From assembly GCA_002269645.1 (NCBI GenBank), contig NIVC01002318.1, positions 1 to 29,143 on the forward strand: a stretch of 29,143 nt of DNA, written 5' to 3'. Position 1 is the first letter of the stretch, and each line of letters begins with the position of its first letter. This document shows, piece by piece, positions 1 through 11,996 of this stretch. The DNA is from Macrostomum lignano (Eukaryota). The translations under genes were made by a program, and so were the position numbers. Under the pieces are notes generated by a model. It was not told the origin of the DNA and searched no databases. It worked only from the letters and a program-made list of their open reading frames with translations.

Positions 1-407
1 GGTCTCCCTTCTATCAAAAGCAATGTCAATTTTTGTGCTGAAAAATGAAAACCTGCTTATCTGAATAAGTATTTTGTCGGTAAGTAAATCCTGCCTCCTA
101 AATTTTCCAAGAAACGTTGTTTCCTGTCCTTCGACTTGTGTAGTCCTTGAATCCAACCCTAAGCAAAGACATTTTCTTAAGACTCGCATTTATCAGAAAA
201 AGCATTACAGAGGAACATTATTTTTTGCTTAGAAACAGGTTTTTTTATCTTGTTCACTGATGTGAAACAGTTATTTCTGTTATTGTCAATGGCTTATCTT
301 TGACACCGAAAGGCTGAAAGCACTCAAAAGGTCGAGTTTTTTCTCCTTCGTATAAACAATCTAACAATAAGTTTCAAAGTAGAGTTGATTTCGTCTTAGT
401 TGCTCAC

Positions 408-3400
408 TCATTGTCCTGCTTGCACTCCAGGCAGAACGTCATGCTCTCGCAGGAGCACTTGTCCCTAGGATTCGCCATCCGACCCTTGGCTTTGCCGCAC
501 AGAATGCAGGAGTTCGAGTCCAGGGCCGCTCTGTATGGCTGCGGGAATGGCAATTGAATTTTCCGGATTTGTCGGTCGGCTATTTTGCAAGAGTAATTCA
601 ACATTTACGAGTATAGGTTTTGTCAGCCTAACTGAGAATAAAGCCATCCAAAGTGAGAATCCTGCCTACGCTGAATACGAAGGGCCTAGCTGCGTCCAGC
701 CTAGTCTATGAGCCATAGACTATAAAGGACAAGCAAAGTTTTAAAAAGACATCATCCAGTGTGTTCCTGTTTCCGTTATTCCGTTCAAGCTATTGGCTAT
801 TGGCTAGTCATATGGCTCAGAAGGTATAAAAATAAAAGAATACGACGCATAGACCAATCGATTCTCACATTGGATGGCTTTTTATCACTTTGCTTATCCT
901 TTATAGTCTATGGCCCATAGACTAAGGCTGCACGCAGCCAGGCCCTTCGCAGTCAGCGTAGGCAGGATTCTCACTTTGGATGGCTTTATTCTCAGTTAGG
1001 CTGACAAAAGCAATACTAGCTATGACGATTGATTGGTAGGATTACAACAGAAATGTGTAATTAAAGGCTAACACGGACCTTCAGATGGACAGCGTACACA
1101 TCGTAGATAAGGATGGAAACCACGGCGATGATCTCAGAAGAGCCAGTCGATATGACCGCCATGATCAGCATGACCACGATCATTAGTTCGCCCGGCAGGC
1201 CAAGTAGTCTCTGAGCCACTGCTGGCGAACGAGTCTAGAAGTGCAAGATTCGAAATTGAAATGCACGTCAGGTTAGTTCACCAAAATGAAAATTTAATCA
1301 AGAAACCAATAGCCAACGTAGTTTTCTCAACCGTGCCCACCCTTGTCAATGTCAGCATCGGATAGAATAGGCTGGCCCTGCATGAAGCTCAAACTGATGT
1401 AGCCCAATCCCATCGCTGTGGCAAAGCAGAACGGTATGGCGAACCAGACCACGCCGCCAGACAAGAATCCAAGGGCGCCGGTCTTCGGTTTGGCGGCTAC
1501 GCTAGACTGCCAGAAGGACTGGTCGACGAATACGGTGCCGAAGTTGCCTGTCAATGAGGTTATTAATGATTCGATTAAATATTACTCTCTTTGGTAGTTC
1601 AGTCCATAGATAGGACAGCCCAGATCTCGCCAGAAGGGACGAGCGCTTTGTCTATACGACGACTTGGCTGCAAATTATACTGTACATTGCATACGAAGCT
1701 GGATTGACCAGCTAACGCACGAACTTGACTGATAGGTGTACAGTCCACGCGTTTAAACGTCAATATCCCCATACATGATCAGATGATATCAGAATGATTT
1801 TAATGCTTTTTTTAAAAAGCTTATTGCCAGAACCAAAATTTGTTGAAATCACTGCGCTTTCTCCAGACAAGGATGCGTTGTTCTTTCTTTAAGAAAAATT
1901 GCTTTTTCATTCGGAGGTATTTCAATCAAATATTCCTGGTGCCTTTTTGTAGTGCAGCTACCTCGTACTTAAAGTTCTTACCGATAATATTAATTATGCC
2001 AAACATAAGACCGTCGATGCTAATAAGAGTCAAGTAGCTGCGACCCTCGTTTCCGACCGGGCCCGTCAGGCAGTCCACGTATTGGTAGACCTTGGCCACG
2101 GAGCCTGACCAAACGGGTTGCATGGGCAGTTTCTACGGTTAATTAACAAATCATTTCATGAGCTCACTGGAAAACAGTTTACGTACCTAACGGGTTGCCC
2201 GGCGTCTCAACGTGGTACACCTGCATGATGCAGATCAGCAGAATGACAAACATGATGGCCGTAGCACAGTAGCTCATGTAGAAGGTGGCGCCAAGCCCTC
2301 CGATGAAGGTATAGGAGCCGATCACAGCGCACACCAGGCAGGTGGCGTACTCAACTGAGAAGTCTTTAATTAGGTTTGTAAGCACGGCTGTTCCGCCTTC
2401 ATTAAGGTGAGGGAGTGGAATAATGATGGCAAGTCATTTGAATGATTTGAAGAACAAGCTTATAAAACGTTGTAGAATCTATTAGTCAATTACTAGCTAC
2501 CATTTTTTAAACTTTCTTGAAGCATTCAAGTCAGACTTTTAATGATGCTCTTCTTGCTTTCTATTTTTATTTTTAAAAGAAAGAGCTTTACTCTCTGCTT
2601 CTAGATACACTTGGGGGTATGCTCTACTCTGGTCATCTCTTTTGGAGTTTTAGGGCCAAGGTCAAGTCCATATCTGTCGTCACATGGATTTCGGAGACTG
2701 TCGGAACGTTTTTTACTGCATTTTAATGCACAATTTTATCAATTATTATTTGTCTCAGTTAATCTTCTATCTACGAAAAAGGGATCTCGTATATTCAGTT
2801 TATCCAGTTTTTGGGGAACTCTAAACAAAAAGATAATATTTTCCTCGAGTCTTGATTGCAATCTTTGTGTCTTGTACTTTGATTGGTTGACAATTTTCAG
2901 CTTAATTCACTGACAATCGAAGATAATTGGACACAGTGCGAATAACTGACAACTAATTGGTTAATACTGCCGTTGCCTCACCCAGCATCAACATTGACGT
3001 GACAATGATATTAGTAGCCAAAGCGAAAACGCAGAATGTGACGTGGGTCTTCTTGTCGAACCTGGCCCAGATCACCTGCAGGAAGGTCTTAGCACCGGGT
3101 GCTCGAATCTTCAACTGTACGGAGATCATAGCAAACAACAGCAGCTGGATCGTGGCGCCAGACGCGTACCAGAACGGTCCGGAGATGCCGTACTTGCTGG
3201 CCACCGAAGAGGACTGGAGCAAAGTGGCTGCCCAGGTCCACTGCGACACCAGCGTTGCAGCCGTGAGGCCGACGCTCACGTTGCCACCAGCGTCGAAGGA
3301 GTTGTCGCCCGTGTCCTGCGTGGTTACATATATCTGGGATGTGATTTGGTCTTCTTGCTGACTTTGGCGCTTGGCTTGTGCCTACGAGCGAATGTTAGTG

Positions 3401-3849
3401 CTCCAGGATGCTCGCCTCCGCGGATTGTAAGCAGCACCAGCAAACTTCATTGACGAATGGCTGATTAGAGTTCACATCTCAGCTAAGTCTAAAGTTACAT
3501 GTACGTCAAACACTGGGATAACTTAAGAATGTTTTTAACGAACTTAATGAGCTAAGCACTATCTTTATAGGATGAACGAATTGCTACCATACTTACGGAA
3601 TAACAATTAACTGTAGCCTCATTTTTTGAAGCACTTGAATCTGCGTACACGACTCACCATCTGCTGATAGACTTGACTCGTGAGAAGCTGGAACAGCTTG
3701 GCCACCATCACGGATACGCAGCCGATGATGAACATGATCAGTAGGGCGTTTGACGAATCGAAGCTGGCCCGAACTCCAACCACGGGTGTTGAAGAATTGA
3801 CGAACTCGGAGGCGAGCTGCTCGCACTCTGGCGTGTCCGTAGCGTCCAT
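408..3849 (-). CDS. DUR3: DUR3-like urea active transporter (sodium:solute symporter family), 5' portion. Coding exons 3849-3658, 3315(or 3333)-2982, 2396-2187, 2104-1982, 1547-1341, ~1234-1079, 538-408; the gene continues beyond the left window edge
   Basis: The spliced translation gives DUR3-type motifs: FDAGGNVSVGLTAATLVSQWTWAATLLQSS, YGISGPFWYASGATIQ, YTFIGGLGATF, GNFGTVFVDQSFWQS, WFAIPF, STGSSEIIAVVSILIYDVY. GT donors (3657, 2981, 2186, 1981, 1340, 1078, 407) and AG acceptors are phase-compatible except at exon 6 (see findings). ATG at 3849 in context gcaATGg. Confidence 0.92.
618..1009. mobile_element. Foldback/MITE-like non-autonomous element inside the DUR3 intron
   Basis: 618-739 is a near-perfect reverse complement of 887-1009 (~122 bp arms, a few mismatches and one indel) around a ~147 bp core. 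It lies wholly within intron 539-1078. No clear target-site duplication. Confidence 0.85.
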
Positions 3850-5231
3850 TGCTACTCTTAAGCTCACTTTGCGGTTTTGTTGTTCTTCTGACCGAAGTAG
3901 CTGAAATTTTGTTCAAAACAGATGGAATACGAATAGCTTCTGTATAGAGACGATTGGTCTTCTCGCACTGTGCTCGAAATTGAATGTGACAAGAAATCGG
4001 AAACACGACGGAATCAACGCAGCTCAGAAAATGGAGGCCTGTTCTGGAGATATCGATCAGCGATATGCATGATGACAGACAAGCAAGCGACTGGGTAAGC
4101 TTGGGGATCTGTAATCGAAACAACCAGTTGATCTCGTGATTCTTTAGGGATTTTAAAATAAGCTTGGACTTAAAATGCCGATTTGATATTCTAGAATGAG
4201 ACTGGGTCTCAAACCAATCTCAAGCAATCGATAATGCATCATCTCCCCAGCTCGATGGGAACACTTCCCATGCGACAGTTCTCACGGCTTTCGTAGTCTA
4301 ATCAATGTTTCTTGAAAGAACTTGAATCTGAATTACATTTTGTGTCTGAGATACATGTAGGGTTGTACCTTTGAAAAAACACTCAACACTTTGACCGTAG
4401 TAGCTAAGACCCAAGCCTCTCCGCCAAGAATCAGCCAGCATCACAAGTACAAAGCAGGGAGACGAAACAACTACATGGTTGAATGAGCAGGCTGACTTGA
4501 CAAATTAGGTAAATGACTAGCTGCTCTAACAGAATAGTTTCCAACTCAAACAGACAAGAAGAAGCACGCTTGACTTCATGCATCAGTAAAAATAGCTTAA
4601 AGGAAAACCATAGGCAACTTACCAGCGTAAATGTTATGTAGAACCTCGGACTTGACCTGAATGATGATTAGCGCGTGAAAAATATCCAGCATTTATTCCA
4701 GTTGCTTGTATACATAGGAAATTCTAATGTGGGGTAGGGAGGGATGCTGCCCCATCCGCAGCCAATCGCGTATCGCGGATTAGAAAATCATTGACGTGGA
4801 TGGTTTGAACAACTCCCATCGCACATTTCTTCATGAAGCCTGTAGGATTTGTGTGATTTTACAATAATATTTAAATTAGTATTAGGCCCAGTCGCTAAAG
4901 AAGGAAATAAAAACGTTCGTAGAAGCCAGATAAACGATGTGTAAAACGTTAAGTAGAGTTGAAGCCTTGAGGGAAAATATATGCTAGAGGGTCGAAGGCG
5001 AATAAATATTTCCTATGAAAAACACAGTAGCGACCGTTTAGATATAGAATGTTGCTATTCAAAGTGAGTTGGTCTTGTGAACAGTGTCACAGGGCGCGCT
5101 TCAGGGCTTGATTGCGAACTTAGAGGTCGACCGAATCTGGGGCGCCGGCGTCAGCCAGCAGAAAGTATTTAAAAAGCGTCAACATGATAAAACATCCAGC
5201 ATAAGGACTTCTATACTGCTAGTAGTCCTTG

Positions 5232-5848
5232 ATCCAGCATTGCCCAAATGACACAACATTCAGAATTGTCCAAATGACACAACTTCCAGCATTGCCCAAA
5301 TGACTCAACATCCAGCATTGTCCAACTGACACAACATCCAGCATTGTCCAAATGACTCAACATCCAGCATTGTCCAACTGACACAAATCCAGCATTGTCC
5401 AAATGACACAACATCCAGCATTTTCCAAATGACACAACATCCAGCATTGTCCAACTGACACAACATCCAGCATTTTCCAAATGACACAACATCCAGCATT
5501 GCCCAACTGAGACAAAATCCAGCATTGCCCAACTGACACAACATCCAGCATTGTCCAAATGACACAACATCCAGCATTGTCCAAATGACACAACATCCAG
5601 CATTGTCCAACTGACACAACATCCAGCATTGCCCAACTGAGACAAAATCCAGCATTGCCCAACTGACACAACATCCAGCATTGTCCAAATGACACAACAT
5701 CCAGCATTGTCCAACTGAAACAACATCCAGCATTGTCCAAATGACACAACATCCAGCATTGTCCAAATGACACAACTTCCAGCATTGTCCAAATGACACA
5801 ACATCCAGCATTGTCCAAATGACACAACATCCAGCATTGCCTAAATGA
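5232..5848. repeat. 26-bp minisatellite (CATCCAGCATTGTCCAAATGACACAA)n, ~24 units
   Basis: Direct tandem units with point variants. Generates the Cys/Trp-rich minus-strand ORFs at 5211-5893. Confidence 0.97.
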
Positions 5849-6529
5849 GCAATTTTTATGGTCTATGTTTAACTTTATGAAAGTACGAGTCATTCCTCAT
5901 TCGTAAATTTCATATAAGCAGATTTTCAATGCATCACTAGCTTCAGTAGTATGAAGAGTGCTGCCTACAGAGCAACAGAAGAGTGTTCAAGCTCGTAAGT
6001 GTAACAAAAGTAGGTCAGCTGACATATTATTGCTGCCTTGAAGAGAGCCCTAGTCCGGCTTTGAGCTTCTGGCTCTCCGACAAACCGCACCATTGTTTGC
6101 CTCTCAGACTGGCGACAGTCATTGACTGTTCAAATGGTCTCGCCATGACTCCGCGCTACCCAGACAGGCCATGGAGCTCTAGAGTTACCGATTCGGAGTG
6201 GAAACCAACTGCACCCACCCCAAACCCCAGTTTTACAATCGAATGCAGCTCTGCTGTTCGCACGAGTTCGGCAGGCTATGGTGAAATGCAGCTGACTCTC
6301 TGATCTTCACTCCAGGTTCTTAGTTCTAGAACTCCGTGGACAAGCGGGGACTGCGAGAGGCAGGTAGTCCGCAAGCCAGCCCTGTCTGCTGTCTCTTTCT
6401 TTTCTATCCAGGCAAGCCGACAAAAGAACCAGCTGCCATCCAGAAAGCAGACGTTGACTGATATCCACCCTTCGGCCAGCGGACTGCAGTGGCTCCCGTC
6501 TTCCCCCGACCCATGCAGCCCATGCATGC

Positions 6530-7708
<1,179 letters not shown>

Positions 7709-8045
7709 ACAGTCTGCCCTGCACGAGAAAAAATATTTTGAAAGTCGGCTGCAAAAATAATCTCGTGTTGCTAGATATGTGTAAGAGATCGCCTCGAGGC
7801 AAGCAGCTGCAGGCTCAGCTAGTTAGTATGCCAGCACTCAGCCGCTGTGCTTGGTCATTGTCCGAACAATAGCAGCGCCTGAGGCGCCTCGGGATAGAAA
7901 CCCTCTAAGCCCGCCGCTTCTCAAATGCATCCAGTTTTGGCAGAACTTCATGCCTCAGGGGGTCGGTGAGCAAACCGGTTAGAAAACTGATGCAGCTGTG
8001 TCACGAATGCTGCAGAACACGAGCTGCGGCGAGCACGTTCTGCAA

Positions 8046-8096
8046 CACGTGCGGCCCGTCTCCGACGCCCCGGGCCGGCTCTCCCATCTATAAATA
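8046..8096 (+). promoter_or_regulatory. Proximal promoter of secreted paralog 1: CACGTG E-box (8046-8051) and TATAAATA (8089-8096)
   Basis: TATA box 111 bp upstream of the ATG. The same E-box/TATA arrangement occurs at the other two paralogs. Confidence 0.7.
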
Positions 8097-8199
8097 GAAG
8101 CAGCTCAAGCGGGCCCGCAGTCAAGCCGCAGTCCACCAGGGCAGCCGTTCTTCCAAGCTCTCAGAGAATCAAAAAGCCCCAGAAATCAATCAGTAAGCC

Positions 8200-8685
8200 A
8201 TGCGCTTCGCCCTGCTGGCCCTCGCCCTCGCCTTCGCTCTACTGGCGGCGACGGTGCGCGCTGACTATGCCAACTTCGAAAACGCCGACGACGATTCCAT
8301 TGAAGACCAGGCCGAGTCCTTCGACGATGTCGATGAGGCCGATGAGGCCGACGATGCTGACGAAGCGGACCAGGATGTCGAAGATGAGGAGAAGGAAGAG
8401 TGCTCGCCGGAGCCGAAGACCGAGACCAAGACCCTGGGCGGCAAGGAGATCCGCCAGGAGACTGAGAACATCTCCGTCCGAGGCCGCTGCATCCGCGTGC
8501 TGAAGGGCGGCAGCCCGGACGACTACACCACCGCTGGCAGCTGCTCGCGTTGCAGGTCCCGCGGCTCGGGCTACTACTGCCTTCCTTCGCCTCTGGCCAG
8601 AAGCCTGAAGTGCGAGATGGTGCTGGGCCCCGACTGCCGGCGGCACAAGGTGGACAAGTCCGACCCCACCAAGCCTTGCGAGTGA
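8200..8685 (+). CDS. Secreted acidic/cysteine-rich protein, paralog 1 (161 aa: signal peptide 21 aa, acidic tract 46 aa, 8-Cys domain 94 aa)
   Basis: Intact intronless ORF with GC3-rich codons and agccATG context. Hydrophobic signal ends in VRA. Cys spacing C-x28-C-x17-C-x2-C-x8-C-x10-C-x7-C-x13-C. Two paralogs in the window. Confidence 0.93.
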   Translation: MRFALLALALAFALLAATVRADYANFENADDDSIEDQAESFDDVDEADEADDADEADQDVEDEEKEECSPEPKTETKTLGGKEIRQETENISVRGRCIRVLKGGSPDDYTTAGSCSRCRSRGSGYYCLPSPLARSLKCEMVLGPDCRRHKVDKSDPTKPCE

Positions 8686-8796
8686 ATGAAGAAAAGTTTT
8701 AACAAGCCAAATTAATCATTGGACTATTCCTATATTTATTGTGTTTTTACTCTATTTGTAACGATAAGAGTTTTAAAATGCCTGCTAATTACTCCT

Positions 8797-8802
8797 AATA
8801 AA
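8797..8802 (+). terminator. Putative polyadenylation signal (AATAAA) of paralog 1
   Basis: AATAAA 112 bp after the stop; retained in the paralog 3 flank (19728-19733). Confidence 0.6.
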
Positions 8803-9036
8803 CGTGTTCACCTGTAGTAGGTTGTGAAAGGTAGCTATAGTCCTATGCACACTGCAACTACTAATCATTGTTTTTGTGAGTAGTACAGCGTTCAGGTGTT
8901 TTGAGCCGTTTCTCTGTTGAAGATATACGGCTAAATATTTCCTAGATTTCCAATTTAGCAACGAATGTTGATAACGAAAAGAACATAAGGAAATTTAAGC
9001 TAATGTATTCGAATAACAATGTTATCGAAAGCTTAA

Positions 9037-9448
9037 GTACCTGGTCTTCAGGTATAGCTAATGTACCTGGTCAGGTATAGCTAATGTACCTAGTCAGGTA
9101 CAGCTAATGTACCTGGTCAGTTATAGCTAATGTACTTGGTCAGTTATAGCTAATGTACCTGGTCAGTTATAGCTAATGTACCTGGTCAGTTATAGCTAAT
9201 GTACCTGGTCAGTTATAGCTAATGTACCTGGTCAGTTATAGCTAATGTACCTGGTCAGTTATAGCTAATGTACCTGGTCAGTTATAGCTAATGTACCTGG
9301 TCAGTTATAGCTAATGTACCTGGTCAGTTATAGCTAATGTACCTGGTCAGTTATAGCTAATGTGCCTGGTCAGTTATAGCTAATGTACCTGGTCAGTTAT
9401 AGCTAATGTGCCTGGTCAGGTATAGCTAATGTACCTGGTCAGGTATAG
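9037..9448. repeat. 23-bp minisatellite (CCTGGTCAGTTATAGCTAATGTA)n, ~18 units
   Basis: Direct tandem units; homologous shorter array at 19976-20107. Confidence 0.97.
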
Positions 9449-9869
9449 AAGCAAAGCCGTTAGAAGCAACGCAGAATTCATGTTAGTCATAGAACAGTTT
9501 ACTAAGGGATTGTAATGAAATTCGTACTGCATTTGCAACTTGCCTACTGCAATCCGCACCACTAATACTAGACAAGAACGAACATGTTAAATGCATTGCT
9601 ATTATACGTGTAAAGACACAACCGCATCCTTGAAGATAGTTTGCTGACTTTATATAGCAGAAACAAAAATTACAAAGGTTTCAAAGAACATGACAGCAGC
9701 ATGTGAGCAGACTAATAGAGCGCATCTCTGGGCTAGGGTGCGAACACAGGCCGTTCACAATGCACAAGTCTCCTATAGGGAACCATGGACATTGGACAAC
9801 TGAAGCAGAAGGGCACTGCATCGATTTTCATAGAAACGAGCTGGATGCCAATAAAGAAATTATGTAAAT

Positions 9870-10270
9870 TTCGACGTCCTCATTGATAGCGATGGCAGCG
9901 TGGTCCGGCTCATTGCGTGGGGCAGATGACACCCGCGTCGACTACCCAACCTGCACCGCTTGCTGGTTCGCAGCTACGGCGGCACCAGCCTCGTCAGCGC
10001 CGCTACCATCGACGACTTTCTCGGCAGATCGTCGTCGTCACTTTCGCGGCACAGTCGGGCGAGCGGACGCAGATGCGACGTCTCGTTCGGGTGCGGCTGC
10101 GTCGCCGTCGAGTAGAAGCATCGCTTGGTCGAATTGGGCGGCTCAGTCAGTCGGAGGTGATGGCTGCAGCAACTGTCCAGCCTGTTCACACGCCGCGACC
10201 AGATCTTCGTCGGTCACTTCGTCGGCCCAATCTCTGATGTCGCAGTCCGGCTCGACGAGGATTGTTAGAA
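9870..10270 (-). pseudogene. Degenerate coding fragment of unknown origin (possibly transposon-derived)
   Basis: GC-rich island. One minus frame reads LTILVEPDCDIRDWADEVTDEDLVAACEQAGQLLQPSPPTD*AAQFDQAMLLLDGDAAAPERDV...EDVEIY with three in-frame stops and no frame change. Confidence 0.35.
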
Positions 10271-10538
10271 GTTGATTTAATTGGTATAAACGCTGTGTAC
10301 AATTAATTAGTAGTCGCGATTATTAATTGATCTAATTAATTAATTAAAAGTCGTGGTTGATAAGTCGTGAGTTCTGTGCACTTACATCTAAATGCACCGT
10401 TTTATCAGCTTGTCTGAATGCAATAATGTACATGTTTGTCGTCTCTCCAGTGCATTGCAACAGGATTTGAATTTTTACAAGCGTGCTTAAACGGCTCGAG
10501 TCATTTTAATGCACGAAATTTTTTTATCATTATAACAT

Positions 10539-10640
10539 TAATATTACTTTTTGCGGGGCATCAATGTAGAATTTTGTGAGGACGCTTCGCGTATTCCGCC
10601 CTCAAAATTCTACATTGATGCCCGTAAAAAGTAATATTTA
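10539..10640. repeat. Long hairpin: ~42-bp inverted arms with an ~18-nt loop
   Basis: AATATTACTTTTTGCGGGGCATCAATGTAGAATTTTGTGAGG pairs with CCTCAAAATTCTACATTGATGCCCGTAAAAAGTAATATT. Confidence 0.9.
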
Positions 10641-10887
10641 TATTATTGTCATTAATGCAAGAGATTTCCGGGCATCAATGTCGAAAATTCCGGGCTCTGT
10701 GTTATTACATAGAATGCAGTTGAAATGTCTATGGCCATTCTTTCTTTTGATTTGCGAGCTCTGGGCCATAGACGAAGTTTTCATGGTCCAGGTCTAGAGA
10801 TGGACAGTAATACTGAAGGAGCTAGAAAAATGCTAAATGTATATTTTTTCAAATCTGTCAGGACTAAGCTGTGCTTGAGTTCTGAAA

Positions 10888-11421
10888 ATGATCAACCATT
10901 TAATTAATTATTCCAATCTGCCGGGAGAAATGGTTTCCAGTATGTCGACCGAAGAGCTGGCGTGGGTATCATCCGAGTCGAACAGCCGGTATTTGGAGGA
11001 ACTGAGCGAAGAATTTGCGCGCAAGATAGAATCAGAAGAGATTCTCGACATTCCGGAGGGCGTGATGCAAGAGTTAAATCAGCTTGAACGAGATGGAATA
11101 CCGGACTCCTCCGCCCGGCAGATGTGATGCAAGAGTTAAATCAGCTTGAACGAGATGGAATACCGGACTCCTCCGCCCGGCAGATGTGATGCAAGAGTTA
11201 AATCAGCTTGAACGAGATGGAATACCGGACTCCTCCGCCCGGCAGATGTGATGCAAGAGTTAAATCAGCTTGAACGAGATGGAATACCCGGACTCCTCCG
11301 CCCGGCAGATGTGATGCAAGAGTTAAATCAGCTTGAACGAGATGGAATACCGGACTCCTCCGCCCGGCAGATGGAGGACAATGTGAGCCGCTTCAAGACT
11401 TTTCTGGAAGAAATGAAATAA
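10888..11421 (+). pseudogene. N-terminal fragment of a Crypton-like protein, disrupted by a tandem expansion
   Basis: Collapsing the 62-bp array to one unit gives ...VMQELNQLERDGIPDSSARQMEDNVSRFKTFLEEMK*. This resembles the segment ELESLPSTTREHMFLYGKMFVEFLKK of the 12206 ORF and the helix preceding Crypton-A core-binding domains (recalled, not searched). Confidence 0.45.
11062..11372. repeat. 62-bp tandem repeat, 5 units (unit 4 is 63 bp)
   Basis: Units start at 11062, 11124, 11186, 11248 and 11311; identical except for one extra C in unit 4. Confidence 0.98.
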
Positions 11422-11736
11422 AAGTTGAGCAGGCTGCGCCAGCTCCATCGGTCAGTGTGAATTTCTCTGGAACATTTCAAAATTGTACGTTCGATTTCCA
11501 CGGCCTGAAAGACTAATTTAATTTAACTAACTGATCGTCTCTCTTTGCATGCTTATAAGCGCATAAACTTCTGCTGTTATTTGTTGGCCTCTGTTTCACA
11601 CTGTTGTTCTATTTCGCTCTATTACTGAAATAGAAAATACCATAGACAATTCAAGGCACGAATTGCCACATTGATGCCCGGAAAAGGGACGCTTAAGCCC
11701 GCAAAAATTAATGACAATATTACAATGGTAGATTAA

Positions 11737-11828
11737 GTCTATGGTTTCAGACTTGGATAATGATCACAGTCACGAGTGGCGAAGCCACGAGTGACTGCTG
11801 ATCATTATTTAATTCTGAAACCATAGAC
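11737..11828. repeat. 92-bp imperfect palindrome GTCTATGG...C-GAA-G...CCATAGAC
   Basis: The left arm GTCTATGGTTTCAGACTTGGATAATGATCACAGTCACGAGTGGC pairs with the right arm; GAA loop at 11781-11783. Confidence 0.9.
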
Positions 11829-11952
11829 ATAATCGCATTATCATATAGACTAGCGTTTTCGGTTGATCATTATGTAACGCCATTAAGCCACGCCATTAAG
11901 TAACGCTGCAGTGTCTTCGTGCCATAGATATTGGCTCGGCAGTGAGCAGGGA

Positions 11953-11996
11953 CAAGGGAGCGCAGCTCCCTTGCGGGGGTGTTGGGGCAGAGCCCC
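11953..11996. repeat. Two GC-rich stem-loops: CAAGGGAGC-GCA-GCTCCCTTG (11953-11973) and GGGGC-AGA-GCCCC (11984-11996)
   Basis: Perfect 9-bp and 5-bp stems with 3-nt loops, ~230 bp upstream of the recombinase ORF. Confidence 0.85.

Noticed and set aside
404-4123. Stand-alone ORFs 404-604, 2957-3361, 3043-3453 and 3593-4123
   Set aside because: They are DUR3 exon fragments with intronic extensions, or antisense/alternative-frame shadows of DUR3 exons.
5211-5893. Three Cys/Trp-rich minus-strand ORFs (168-208 aa) that look metallothionein- or keratin-associated-like
   Set aside because: They are translations of the 26-bp minisatellite (26-aa period, all three frames open).
8401-8682. Assigning the 8-Cys domain to defensin, macin, knottin, three-finger or cystine-knot hormone families
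   Set aside because: It lacks the diagnostic CxC, CC or CxGxC patterns and has much longer inter-Cys loops; left unassigned.
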